Shown: one piece after another, positions 33,599-45,500 of the stretch
How the letters are laid out: each line of letters opens with the position of its first letter
How positions within the stretch are numbered: position 1 is the first letter of the stretch
Made by a program: the position numbers and the translations under genes
Notes under the pieces: model-generated
Databases searched by the model: none
What the model saw: the letters and a program-made list of their open reading frames with translations, nothing else
What the model was told of the DNA's origin: nothing
Assembly (NCBI GenBank): GCA_016180085.1
Contig: JACPBX010000004.1
Span: 1-63,737, forward strand
Source of the DNA: Candidatus Woesearchaeota archaeon
GTDB taxonomy: Archaea > Nanobdellota > Nanobdellia > Woesearchaeales > UBA10216
Reading direction: 5' to 3'
DNA: 63,737 nucleotides

Positions 33599-34672
33599 AT
33601 GAAGAACAGCTTTAAGTCTGGTTTTGTGATGTTCATTATTGTTTCTATTGCTGTGCTGCTCATGGCTACTGCGTCTTATGCGCAGGCCCAAGGGGGATCA
33701 ACTAGCGGTTGCGGTGATGGAATTTGTATGAATGTTGGCTGCCTGACCTTAAATTGTGCAGCGCCGGAAACGTGGGAAAACTGCCCTCAAGACTGCCCCG
33801 CAAGCTGCCATGACGGCTTCAAGAACCAGGACGAAACAGGCATTGACTGTGGTGGGAACTGCTTTGAACCAACCAAGCCGGAGTGGTGCGATGGCTTTGA
33901 TAACAACAAAGACTGCATGGTTGATGCTAACTGCACGGCAAAATCTGGCATAGGTCCTGGAGGCGCTGTGACTCAGCCGGTTTCTCCATTGCCTGCGCCA
34001 AAGCAGCCTGAGCCCGGTTGCTACGATGGCCATAAGAATCAGGATGAGCTGAGTTACGACTGTGGAGGTGTGTGCGTAATTGATATCCCTGAAGTCTGCG
34101 ACAACAAAGACAACGACAGAGATTGCCAAGTAGATGAGGGCAACGCATGTTCACAGGAAACCCAACAGGAAGCCACTGAACAACCTGTAATCGTTTCCGC
34201 CACGCCTGAAGTTTTGCCTGCGCCAGTTCCTGTTTCTGCACCAGTGCCTGCGCCAGAGAGTCAGCCCGAGCCGGGCACGCCACTTGAAGTGCCAGCGACG
34301 CCTGCTAAGGAAATGCCGGCAATTGGCGACTCTGACATTTCTTCACTTACCGATGGGGAGCTTGACGCGTTCATAGAGCAGAATGGCGGTGCTGATTTCA
34401 TTAAGCAGGTGAAGAAACTTGCGGAAGAAAAAGGCATCTATGTGCCAAAGGAGGAGTCTGATGTGCAGTTTGGAAGGAAATATGTACTGTACTTTTTCAA
34501 GCATCAGTCAGAATTGGCTGCTGAGTTTGAAGGGAAGGAGCGGACTGAAGCTGATTTTGTGAACTTGCTGAGGCACTTCAGCGAAGAGGCATACCCAAAT
34601 CCTGAGCCAAGGCCGCAAGCGCAAGGCTTTTTTTCAAAGGTTAAGTCATTTTTCAAAAGACTGTTTGGGTAA
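33599..34672 (+). CDS. secreted Cys-rich protein with CDGxDN..DC..DE-type repeats and a Pro-rich linker
   Basis: Signal peptide MKNSFKSGFVMFIIVSIAVLLMATASYAQA. Repeats: CHDGFKNQDETGIDCGGNC / CYDGHKNQDELSYDCGGVC and CDGFDNNKDCMVD / CDNKDNDRDCQVDE. Confidence 0.7.
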   Translation: MKNSFKSGFVMFIIVSIAVLLMATASYAQAQGGSTSGCGDGICMNVGCLTLNCAAPETWENCPQDCPASCHDGFKNQDETGIDCGGNCFEPTKPEWCDGFDNNKDCMVDANCTAKSGIGPGGAVTQPVSPLPAPKQPEPGCYDGHKNQDELSYDCGGVCVIDIPEVCDNKDNDRDCQVDEGNACSQETQQEATEQPVIVSATPEVLPAPVPVSAPVPAPESQPEPGTPLEVPATPAKEMPAIGDSDISSLTDGELDAFIEQNGGADFIKQVKKLAEEKGIYVPKEESDVQFGRKYVLYFFKHQSELAAEFEGKERTEADFVNLLRHFSEEAYPNPEPRPQAQGFFSKVKSFFKRLFG

Positions 34673-34699
34673 CTTGTAAGCTGATATGCTACTGTTGCG

Positions 34700-37600
34700 A
34701 TGGGGAAGCTTAGCATGGCACTAAATGCGAAATCACAGAAAAAATGTAAAGCGTGGAACATAGGGAACAGAGTATGCATCCTATTTGTCATGCTGCTATT
34801 TCTTGCACAGCCTGTTTATTCAGCATCAGTACTTGGAGATTTTGGAAAAGTAGAAGCATCCAATGAGCAATCACAGGCACAAGCAGGCGCAGTTGAACAA
34901 CCAAAAGAAGACACAAACACGCAACAACTAGCTCTTGCTACGATGCTTGTAGAAGAAACAGGACTGGAACAACTGCAGGAAACCGCACAAATCCCAATAG
35001 GGCAATCACAAGGCATTGCTTTAACCAATCCAGCAGAAACAAACTCAGATACGGGCGGCATTGGCGCTGCGGCAGCCGGAATTATTCGGGATCAGCAGGC
35101 ATCAGGCTCACAAACAGAAAACATCAGCGCACAGGTAAGCCTTGCAGATTGGAAGCTTGCAAAAGAAGTAGAGAGTACCAACCCGTGGGAGCCGAAAAGA
35201 GTAACGAGCGTATTCTCAAAAAATGACTATGGATCCTTCCTTTGGACAAGATTGGAAAGCCTCTATCAGAGCCACAACATCAAGTGGCAATGGCATGACC
35301 CCAGCGGCGCATTTTATTCTGAAGCAACCCACACAACAAGCAACCCAAAAGATTCCGGCTATGACTACTGGGGATGGTACAAGACATGGGGCTGGGTATA
35401 CATAAAGGATTTCACACCCCAGAACAAGCCCGGCTTATGGAACGTCAAATACTTTGTTGACGGAAGCGAATGGATAAGCGCAAACTTCATCGTAAGCTAC
35501 CTATTCAAGGAAAACCGGATGACGAAGGCAGTTGACGGAGACAACAATCCCGGCACAGCCGTGACAGAGTTCTCAGCCAATGACGACATTGCATACGCAT
35601 GGTACAAGCTCGAAAGCGTTGCAGATGCCCTCAAACTGAAGCACAAGTGGTATGCGCCGGATGGAAGCCTATATTTTGAGACTACCCCGGCAACATCGCA
35701 AGACCCGGGAAAGGATTCGTACTGGAGCAGCCTGAAAGTCTCACATGGAATATACATCAAAGGCACTCCAGCAGAGACAAAATGCGGAAACTGGAGAGTA
35801 GAGGCATACATAGATGACAAGCTAAAATATGATCAGGGATTCACAATCAAAGACTGCGCCCCACCAGTTGAATGCAAGGCTGAAGCCCTTGAGGCATGGG
35901 TAGGAAAGGATGGAGAGATTTACAACAACATAAAGACGCACCACAAATTCATAAATAACGAAGGAAAAGCGCTTAACTACAACATAAACTTTGATCTGTT
36001 CGGACCAGACGGAACAAAAGTCGGCCAGTGGTCAAGCAGCGGAAAGCTTGACCCGGGATGGCAGGTGGTGTGGTGGGTGCAATATGGGGTTCCATCGGGG
36101 GGCTGGAAGCCGGGAAGCTACACCTCAAGAGCCTCAATAGACGGATACTGCGGGAACTATCGCGTGCAAAAGTCAAACGAGGCATACCCTGCAATACCAG
36201 CGCCAGCGCCACCGCCAGGGGGAGGCACCACAAACTTCTGCGACGGGGCAATCAGTGTAAAAGTCACCGACAAATTCAGTAACAGCCTGCAAAGCGTAAA
36301 GGTTTACCTTGACGGGAACCTGGAAGGGACAACCAGTGCAGAAGGCAAAAGGAACATAGTCATAGCTGATAACGGCTGCGGAAAAGTGCACGCCGTAAAA
36401 GCAGTCTGCCCGAACGATGCACTCTGCAGCGAGAAAACCACAACAATAGACTACGATGGCGATGCCAGCGCGCTCGGCTTTGTATGCAAATGCCCAGGCA
36501 CAGTGCCAGGACTTGACATACAAGCCGGTACGGACTCATTCAAATACTTCAAGGACTCCGACATAAAGCTCAACGCGCTGATAAAGAAAGCAGATGGCAG
36601 CACAGTTGCAAATTCTCTGCTTACAATCTATGACCCGTTCCTGGGCGCAACAAAGTTCTTCAGCCTTGCTGAAGGAGCGCTCTCATACGGCTCAAAGGCA
36701 GCCCTGCCGGGATTGCAGGCATTCTTCCTATCAGGATACAAGCAAGGATTCCTCCCTGGGCTTTCAAAAATAAAAGTTGTCGTAGAAGACTTCACAGGCG
36801 AGATAACTGTGCAGGCAACCCACAAGGACGGAACATCGCTCAAATCAGCGCTCGTTTACCTTGACGACCAGTTCAAAGGCGCGACGGACAGCACGGGCAG
36901 CAAAACCTTCAGCGCAGAAAAAGGCAAGGTAAGCGTTCTTGCGCTTAAATGCCCCGGAGCAAAAACTGACGGGCCATACTGTGCAGGAAAAGATGTCGCG
37001 GTAATTGACAATAACTTCATACCGCTAAGCTGCGACTGCGGCCCGGAAGGAACGAACAAGAAAGGAACCATTCTGCTCCAGCTCAAGAGCAAAAACTGCC
37101 CGCCTGAATTCCAAAGCTGCCCGATAGGAAACGCTTTGGTTTCGGTTGACGGCCAGAAAATAGGCTACACGCCTGGGTATGGCTTCATGGAGCTGCCAGG
37201 CCTCAAATACGGAAACAGAAAAGTGGAAATCACAGGACTTCTGACAGACAACGAAGACGACGAAACGCCAGAACTCAAAAGAAACATAACAAGGATAACT
37301 GTAGACGCACCATTTAAGCACATACCGCTTGAACTAAGGGGCGAGGACTTCCAGGTCATAAAAGGCGCTGAAGCGGAATCGATGATGAGCGCCGAGAACG
37401 CAAGCGAGCAGTTCATTATCATTCCAATACTGATATGGGTGGCGTTAACCGCATGGGACGCCAAACAATTGCACGATTGCGAGAAAAAGTACGACTATGA
37501 CCCGTTAGTGGTTGAGGCAGAGTGCTGGGATGAAAGGCTGTTCTTAGCAAGCAACTTCATACCATTAGGCACCATATTCAGCAAAGCTGGGAAAGGAATC

Positions 37601-38629
37601 AAAGGCCTTGTGCACGTTCTTGAGTTTGTTGATGGCAAATGGGTAAGGAAAGCGGTTGAGGTAACAAGGATTGGAGAGGCTTTCCAGCACGCCGTCAGGC
37701 TTTTTGACCGCGTGCATAACGTCTATAAGGTAGTTTCGGAGTATGGCGGCAGGGCATTGGGCTATGTTGTCCGTAAAACAGGTTTGAAAGAAGTAATAAT
37801 CGTAGTCAATCATGTTGAGAGCATCATTCTCAGAGACTGGGATGCTGCTGTGAAGGCGGTGCAGCTTAAGTTCCTGGGAAAAGATACTTTACAGATCGGG
37901 AATACGATCCTTAAAAAAGCCGATTTTGTAGGAGAATCGCTTGCAAAAACTATTGCTCGCATAGATGGGGAAATTGGTGAGGCTTATGCTGAAGAAGCAT
38001 TTAAGCAATTGGCAAAAAAAGTTGACCCTAACATTGCAGTAAATTTGATAGATAAAACTGCGCTTAAAGCCTTTATAAATTCAGAAGAGGAGATAGTCAC
38101 GGCAGGCTATAGAATGACGTTCAAACCTAATGGGAAAAGCATCAATGTTTTTGCCAAAGATGACATAACGCATGCAAGTCAATTAGGCGAAATAGACAGG
38201 TTATTTGACTTTCAGGGGAAGCCAGTTGTTATTGAAGCCAAGCTAAAAGATAATATAGTATATGATCCGCGTCATAAAATAGATCCTGAGAAGTTTCCTT
38301 CAGACATAAATCCAACTGCATTACCTCACATCATGAAAGCTACTCAAGAGCTTTATGTTGAAAAGGTTCTTAAAAATTCATTGCCTGAACTTACTGAGGA
38401 AGAATTAAAGCGCACCATAAGGCCGCAATATGTTGTTGCCGGGCCTTCTGATGTTGTGAAGGGTTTTGTTCGCGATCCTGTGAACCCTGCACTTCCTTCT
38501 GCTAGTTGGCGCTCTATGACTGATGACTTGATAAGAGAAGGCTATGAGAATCCTTTGCCATTGTCTTTTGTTGAGGATTTTGCTTCGTTGGATAAGATGG
38601 CACAGGATTTGGCACGCGGAGGTAATTAA
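34700..38629 (+). CDS. large membrane-anchored surface protein (1309 aa) with a post-TM C-terminal region carrying a PD-(D/E)xK-like motif
   Basis: N-terminal signal/anchor, then beta-rich repeats (VKVYLDGNLEGTTSAEGK, ALVYLDDQFKGATDSTGSK). A TM segment FIIIPILIWVALTAW lies near aa 900. The roughly 390-aa tail contains GEIDRLFDFQGKPVVIEAKLKD. Confidence 0.7.
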   Translation: MGKLSMALNAKSQKKCKAWNIGNRVCILFVMLLFLAQPVYSASVLGDFGKVEASNEQSQAQAGAVEQPKEDTNTQQLALATMLVEETGLEQLQETAQIPIGQSQGIALTNPAETNSDTGGIGAAAAGIIRDQQASGSQTENISAQVSLADWKLAKEVESTNPWEPKRVTSVFSKNDYGSFLWTRLESLYQSHNIKWQWHDPSGAFYSEATHTTSNPKDSGYDYWGWYKTWGWVYIKDFTPQNKPGLWNVKYFVDGSEWISANFIVSYLFKENRMTKAVDGDNNPGTAVTEFSANDDIAYAWYKLESVADALKLKHKWYAPDGSLYFETTPATSQDPGKDSYWSSLKVSHGIYIKGTPAETKCGNWRVEAYIDDKLKYDQGFTIKDCAPPVECKAEALEAWVGKDGEIYNNIKTHHKFINNEGKALNYNINFDLFGPDGTKVGQWSSSGKLDPGWQVVWWVQYGVPSGGWKPGSYTSRASIDGYCGNYRVQKSNEAYPAIPAPAPPPGGGTTNFCDGAISVKVTDKFSNSLQSVKVYLDGNLEGTTSAEGKRNIVIADNGCGKVHAVKAVCPNDALCSEKTTTIDYDGDASALGFVCKCPGTVPGLDIQAGTDSFKYFKDSDIKLNALIKKADGSTVANSLLTIYDPFLGATKFFSLAEGALSYGSKAALPGLQAFFLSGYKQGFLPGLSKIKVVVEDFTGEITVQATHKDGTSLKSALVYLDDQFKGATDSTGSKTFSAEKGKVSVLALKCPGAKTDGPYCAGKDVAVIDNNFIPLSCDCGPEGTNKKGTILLQLKSKNCPPEFQSCPIGNALVSVDGQKIGYTPGYGFMELPGLKYGNRKVEITGLLTDNEDDETPELKRNITRITVDAPFKHIPLELRGEDFQVIKGAEAESMMSAENASEQFIIIPILIWVALTAWDAKQLHDCEKKYDYDPLVVEAECWDERLFLASNFIPLGTIFSKAGKGIKGLVHVLEFVDGKWVRKAVEVTRIGEAFQHAVRLFDRVHNVYKVVSEYGGRALGYVVRKTGLKEVIIVVNHVESIILRDWDAAVKAVQLKFLGKDTLQIGNTILKKADFVGESLAKTIARIDGEIGEAYAEEAFKQLAKKVDPNIAVNLIDKTALKAFINSEEEIVTAGYRMTFKPNGKSINVFAKDDITHASQLGEIDRLFDFQGKPVVIEAKLKDNIVYDPRHKIDPEKFPSDINPTALPHIMKATQELYVEKVLKNSLPELTEEELKRTIRPQYVVAGPSDVVKGFVRDPVNPALPSASWRSMTDDLIREGYENPLPLSFVEDFASLDKMAQDLARGGN

Positions 38630-38630
38630 A

Positions 38631-39581
38631 ATGTCTGAAGGAACTTATTTTGGTGTGAAGTTAAAGAAAGATGCTATAACAAGTAATGAGGCGCTTGTTG
38701 GCGCCTTTATGAAGTACTTGGGTTGTTTTGACAACCCTCGCATTTGGGAGGTTTTGCTTGGTAAAGTTGGAGAGCGGTTTGGAGAGACCACCTATAAACT
38801 CGGTGACACGAGTAATCACGTGTATGATAATTTGCCTAGGAAAGCTGTGCACGATTTTTTGAAGAAAGCAATTGCCGATAACCCTGGTGTTGAGTTTGAC
38901 GGTATCCGCAGTTACGGACTGGCTCTTTTTGATGCAGATAAGTACGGTTTTCCTGCTGACACGATAATAGCTGGTAGGAACGGACTTAACTGGCAGGGTC
39001 TGAGCCCGGGTAATTACGGTCTTGACAGTAAAACATACGGTGTTTCTGATGGGGTTTGGGACCTTAAACAGGATGACAGAAAGGCAATTCCTCTGATTGA
39101 AGTCCAAAGAATGCTTTTTGACCTGTTCAAGCGCATTATTGAGTCCTTTGACCCTGTTTTGCTTACTTTCAGGAGAGAAAATTTGGAAGAATTATGGCAG
39201 TCCACGGTGTTTTACTTCAGGGATCCTTACCTCTTTTGTCTGGATTTAAAGCCTGGCGATGATGTTAATGACGTTGGTATTGTGAAAAAGCTCAACGAAA
39301 TTAAGTCTGTTTTGAGTCTGAGTGAGCTTGAGCGTATTTTGAATGAGAATAGTTCAAGTTGCAATTATGAGGTTTGGAAGTCTTCCTACGGTGGCATCGG
39401 TATTTTGGGTCGGCTTGTTTATGAGCGCCCTTCAAAGGGCATAACTAGCGGGATGGCTGCCCTTCGAAGGGTTGTGCGTGAGAGGGGCATTGACTTGCCT
39501 GAAGGCGAGATTGAGAAGTGGGCGGGTTATGAGGAGGATTTTATCAGGGATATGGAGAAAAGAGGGAAGGGTAAGGGCTGA
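38631..39581 (+). CDS. hypothetical cytoplasmic protein (candidate immunity/partner protein)
   Basis: The ATG lies 1 nt after the upstream stop. It has no signal peptide and shares the low-GC composition of the upstream gene's tail. The track start at 38544 overlaps that gene and is unlikely to be real. Confidence 0.55.
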   Translation: MSEGTYFGVKLKKDAITSNEALVGAFMKYLGCFDNPRIWEVLLGKVGERFGETTYKLGDTSNHVYDNLPRKAVHDFLKKAIADNPGVEFDGIRSYGLALFDADKYGFPADTIIAGRNGLNWQGLSPGNYGLDSKTYGVSDGVWDLKQDDRKAIPLIEVQRMLFDLFKRIIESFDPVLLTFRRENLEELWQSTVFYFRDPYLFCLDLKPGDDVNDVGIVKKLNEIKSVLSLSELERILNENSSSCNYEVWKSSYGGIGILGRLVYERPSKGITSGMAALRRVVRERGIDLPEGEIEKWAGYEEDFIRDMEKRGKGKG

Positions 39582-39588
39582 TGCGTTT

Positions 39589-42500
39589 ATGAACCAAGGC
39601 TCGATTAAGGCAATCCGAAGAGTAATTGCGGGAGGCGTAGCAGCGCTTATTGTGCTGCTGCTTATCAGCTTCCTGCCGCTGGAAAAGTGGAGCCAAACAG
39701 CTGCTTACAGCCAAAACACTCCTGCAGCAACGGATAGGGAAGAGGACGCAGGCTTGCGAGAGAAGGGCATGGCAGAAATAGCCTTGCGGCATGGAGAACC
39801 TGTAACGCCGCAGCCTAAAGCCAAGCTTGGGAAAGGACAGTCGGAAGCTGCTGTGCCAAGGCCTGAAATCATAGAGCCTGTACTTGCGAATGAGATGAAA
39901 GCAGAAGGTGGGAAAGGAAAAGAGATAGAAGTTCTGATAAGATTTGCTGATTCTGATGGAGAAGGTGCGGCGGGTGTGCTGGCAACCACGGCCTCGCGGA
40001 TAGATTCGGAAAGAACAAGGATGAAAGAGGTTGCGGAAGAGCTTGAAAAGGCCGGCGCAAAGGTGGAAGGCGCTTATCTTGTAGGAAACTTAATAGTGGC
40101 AAAGGTAAAAGCCAGCGAGCTTGAGAAAATAACAGAGAACAAAAAAGTGGAAATGATTTCTGCAAACAGGGAAGTTCAGGCAGTGCTGTCGGAAAGCGTT
40201 CCACAGATAGAGGCAGACGCGTTCTGGAACGCAGGCTTCAAAGGTAAAGGCGTAAGGGTTGCAATACTTGACACGGGCATAGACTCCAGTCATCCGATGC
40301 TCGCAGGAAAGGTAATAGCAGAAAAGGCATTCACAGGGGAAGACCACACTACTGACCTTAACGGGCACGGAACCCACGTTGCAGGAACAGTAGCCGGCAC
40401 AAAAGCAGCAGGGGGGAGCTATGACGGAGTTGCGCCTGATGCATTGTTGATGAATGGGAAGGTGCTTAGCGACGATGGCTGGGGGAGCACAGCAGGCATC
40501 GTGGCAGGGATAAACTGGGCAGTAGACCCTGACGGTAATCCGGAAACAGACGACGGAGCCAAGGTGATAAGCATGAGCCTCGGCGGAACGTACAACAACC
40601 CATACGATCCTATGAGCATGGCAATAAAAGAAGCTCTTGAAGCAGGCGTTCTTGTCATAGTTGCTTCGGGAAACTGCGGTGCATGCGGCCTATGCGGAGG
40701 CTACAAAGGCGTGACGACTCCGGGAACAAGCCCATGGGCTTTCACAGTGGGAGCAGTTGATAAGAGTAACGAGGTTGCGTGCTTCTCAGGAGGAGGCGTT
40801 ATAGATGAGGTAGGCGTAAAACCTGACATAACGGCGCCAGGTGTTGGAATAAAATCCTCTGTGCCGGGCGGGTACAGCGCATACCAGGGAACCTCTATGG
40901 CAACGCCTCACGTTTCAGGAGCCGCAGCGCTGCTGCTGCAGAAAAATCCGGCATTGAGCCCGGAGCAGATAAGGAGCATACTTGAAAATACTGCGACAGA
41001 TAGGGGTGCCACAGGCAAAGATACGTCCTATGGTGCAGGAATACTGAACCTAAGCGCAGCATTCAGGGCGAAGGCAGCCATAAAGGCAACGAGCAGGATA
41101 TCTGCGGACATGCTAACGAGTGAGGAGCTAAACGAGGAAATAATATTCTACAACTTCGGAAGCGAGCCGCTTTACATAAACGTGTCCCATGACAGCTGGA
41201 TAAGATTCACAGGGCTGCCTGAAAGCCCCTTTCGGATAGAACCAACGCGCAACATCACAACGAAGTACAGCATAGCGGCTTTAGAAATCGGGGCAGGATT
41301 GCATAACGGCAAAATCGAGGTGAATACGAGCGATCAGGACCTGCGAAATGTTTCGGTAAGTATCAGCATACGCGTATTTGAGTCCACAGCCCCGAAATTT
41401 GAGGAAGTTGCCTTCCCTGCTCTTGCCTTCTCAAGAGAGGAGCTGGAGCTTGCCACAAGCGTAACCGACAATGGGATGGTAAGCAAAGTAATCGCGAAAG
41501 TTAAATCACCTGAGAATGCATTTCCGCAAGTTGAGACAGGGCTTGAAAAGATTGATGAAAAGAGATGGCGAGGCCTTTTGAGGATGCCCCTGGTTTCTTC
41601 ATCCAAACAGGCTGTGCTGGAAGTGACTGCTTCAGACAATGATGGCCACGCATCAGTGTTTGAGAAGGGAATGGAAATAACCAATCTTGTAGTTGAAATA
41701 AAGGGCAGCGATAACGCAACACAAGGCAAAGCAGTGGAGATAGGTGCAATCTTTGTGAACACTGCAGATGCAACGAAAGACGTACTTGCTGAGTTTGAAA
41801 TAGTAGACTCACTCGGGATAACAGCATTCAGGAGCGTTGACGGCTCAGTAAACCTGCCGACGGGCTTTAAGGGGATTTTTTCGGTAAAATGGACGCCTGA
41901 AAGCTACGGCAACTACGTTGTCAACGTAACAATCAAAAGCCCAAGCGAAGAGATAATGGCGAATTCAACGGAATCACTCACCATAACCCTCCCGCAGTGG
42001 GGCAGCATGCAATCAGTAAAGCTGCCGGAAGCAATTACAAAAGGAGAAGCGCTCAGCTATGAGGTGCAGTTCGGAAACAGCGGGCCAGCGCCTTTTGAAG
42101 CAATAGCCGCACTATCAATATTAGATGAGCACCAGAAAGTAAAGCTTGTGGTGCCCTCTGAGGAAAAGGAAGTGCCTGCAGGAGGAAGCATAACATTTTC
42201 CGCATCAGCGGAAAAGCTATCGCTAAGCGGAGGCAACTACACGGCAGTCCTTCAGGTATTCTACGGAAACAGGGAGGAGGTTGTTGAAAAGCCACTCAAA
42301 GTTACAGCACCAGAGACGCTTGGGATAACATTAGGGCTGGCAAAGAAAGAAGTTGAGTACGGAAGTGAAAACCTGCACTACACCGTAACAGCACGCAACA
42401 CAGGGGCAATGCCTTTGTTTGCAGAATTCAACACCACTTTGCGCAACAGCGAGGGTGATGAAGCATATTCTGCAAGGTTCAACGGCTCGGAAGTAGCGGC

Positions 42501-45500
42501 AGGAGAATCGCTTGGAATAAGTTCAGAGATAAACACGACAGGCCTTTCCGTAGGAAGCTATTTGCTGACCGTCAATGCCAATTACGAAGGCAATAGCGTA
42601 AACACGCAAACTCAATTCAATATTGAGGATACAGCGCCGCCTTTGCTTGGGCCTGTAACCCTGCCAAAAGCTGTGAGGCGGTACGAACCGATTGCAGCAG
42701 AGCTGGGCGCGCTTGATTACAGCCCGCTGGCGAACATAAGTGCGAAGCTCATAACAGGGGAAAAGAAGATTCTTGGCGAAAGCAATGCAAGCCCTTCGAG
42801 AGGGAATCCGGTTATTTTCAACACGGCAGAAACAGGAAAGCACCTGCTTATTCTGGAAGCATGCGATGCCTACAATAACTGCAACACATCAGAAAACGCG
42901 ATAACAGTGGAAGAATGCCCAGGCAGGAAGGCACTAATAATAAATGCAAGGAATGATCAAAAGACGGTAAGGCCACTTATTGAGGGAGCGCTCTCAAGCA
43001 ATGCTTGCATTTACGAGTACAATACCACAAATGGAGCCTTACCGGATAGCAGCTATCTCGCTAATTTTACTGCAGTAATATGGACATCAGGAAACAGCCA
43101 AAGGGCGGTTCCGCAGCACTACCAGAGCCTATTGCTGGACTACATACTCGGAGGGGGCAGCCTGCTTGTTGAGGGAGCGGACATAGCGTTCAGGCACAGA
43201 AACGACGAGTTCATGCGGAACATAACCCACAGCGTCCTTGCTGAAACCATGACAGTGAGTCTGCCAGGCTCGCCGGAAGCATCCCCACAGGAAGGCAAGG
43301 AAATAAACATCACAAGAGCTGCACCTCATCACATCACTTTTGCGCTGCCGGAAACGTTCAGCTATCGACCACCGGACCAAAATAGGGATCCTGATGAGGT
43401 GCTTCCCCTGGATGAGGCAGACGGGTTGCTAAGGTGGGGTGAAAGAGATGGCTATGCAGCAGTGGCATACGAAACGAGAGTGGAAGGGCTGAACATTACA
43501 GAACCTGAAGGGCACTACAAAACCGCATTCCTGCCACTTGACATAGCAGGACTAAACGGGGAAACTGCAAAAAGAATCCTCGCAGATACCACAGAGTGGC
43601 TGCTGCTTGAAAGCTCATTGTCAGATATAAGGGTCGAAGTAACCCACGGCCGCCTAGTAGAAGGAGATAATGAAATCAACCTGACAATTACGGAGAAAAC
43701 CGGTCCTGCAACTACAGCTGAAGTGATATTTGAAGTTGACAAGAGCAAAGTTTATTCGCAGGAAATTGAAATGCCTGAAGGCAGCAGCACAATACGGCTT
43801 GCCGTGCCTTTAACAGCAGGCGAGCGCACAATAAGAGCAGCTGCAATCGCACCGATATCCGAACAGGACTACAAAAACAATGAGGTGGCCTACAAGGCAT
43901 ACGTGGCTCCCAAACTGCCAGATATCATTGTTCAGGGCATCGCCTACGCGTATGAAGCGGCAACCCAGACCGCAGAAATAAATGTAACCGCAACCAATAG
44001 AGGGGGCACCGCGGCAGAAACAGACATCACGGTTTTCATAGGAGATAATGCCACGGGCACAGCTCATCTCAACCTGCAAGCCGGAGGGGAGGCAAATCGC
44101 TCATTTAAAAGCAGAGCAGCCGCAGGCAAGAAAAAAATAACGGCAAAATCTGAAAACGCCGAAGACGCCAATTATGCAAATAACCAGCTGACAATAGAGG
44201 CAAACTTCTGCAGCAAGGAGAGAATACTTGTCGTAGATGACAATGACACAGAATTATACGCTACAAGCGCCCCGAGCAGCGCCCCTGAAATAGCAAGAAT
44301 ACTTGATGAAAACGGCTACTGCGCAGAACTATGGGGAGAAGCGGAGAAAGGGCTGCCAACCAGCCTGAACGCATTCCCCCTGGTTGTATGGAGCACAGGG
44401 GACTACCTGCAAGCAATCACAAGCAGCGAAGATGCCGAACTAATCAGGGGCTACAGAAACAGCCTCCTGCTTGAAGGAAGCGACATTGCAGCAGACCTGG
44501 CAGGAAGAGGGAATGAATCGCTTCTGCGCGAGATAAGCGGGACAGCATTCGCCTCGGACGTTCTAATACCGTTAACAGAAAACCGCACACTAAACAAGAA
44601 GGAACACCCTATACTTGAAGGCGTGGGGAATCTTGAAATTGGAGGCAACAGGTCGCCATACCCTGACGCTGTTGAAGCCCTTGATGCCGAAGCGGTTGCA
44701 GAGTGGCAGAATGCGAACGGCACGGCAGCAATAACCGCAAGGACAGTAACCGACCCGCCCTATGGCAGGAAGCAAGCGTACTACGCGTTCTCGGTAGACG
44801 GCATAACAGACCCGGCAGTCATGGAAAGGCTCGTGCTCAACACGGTGCAGTGGCTGCTCAGGCCTAACAGCGTCCCACAGCTGCACAACTTGTCAGACAT
44901 TACAGTGAATGAAGGAGAAAATGCATTCATGGAAATAAACGCCACAGATGCAGATAACGATACCCTGAGCTACGCTGTAAACGATTCCAGGTTCGTAAAG
45001 GGGCAGCAGGGGCAGCAACAAAACGCGAATGTGTTTGTTTGGAGCGCCAGTTACAACGACGCAGGCAATTATAAGGTATTAGTCTCTGCCAGCGACTGGA
45101 AAGATTCCGCAAATGCGACAATCAACGTAACGGTGCTTGGCGTAAACAGGCCTGCTGTTTTCAACAACACTTTTGAAAACATAACCACCAGCGAAAACGG
45201 CACTGTTGTGCTGAAGTTGGTGCCATACGATGCAGATAACGATCCTCTTGAGCTGGAGGCTCTTATGGGTGCACGTGAAGTGCCGCAGCATTACTCAAAT
45301 GTGGCGCTCTTTGGCGCTTCGTTTGATTCCGGAAGTGGAACATTTGTTTGGACGCCTGACTTCAACAGTTCGGGTGAATACGTTTTGAGGGTTGACCTGC
45401 TTGAGTACTACATATCGCCGCTGGAGGGCATGATGCTGAGAAAGCTGGTTAACATAACCGTGGCAAATTCTAATCGGGCGCCTTCTTTTACTTTTGAACC

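Noticed and set aside
39472-39588. The track start of the giant ORF at 39472, overlapping the upstream gene by 110 nt.
   Set aside because: The first 39 residues have no signal-like character and overlap a well-supported ORF. The ATG at 39589 immediately precedes a classic basic-hydrophobic signal anchor.
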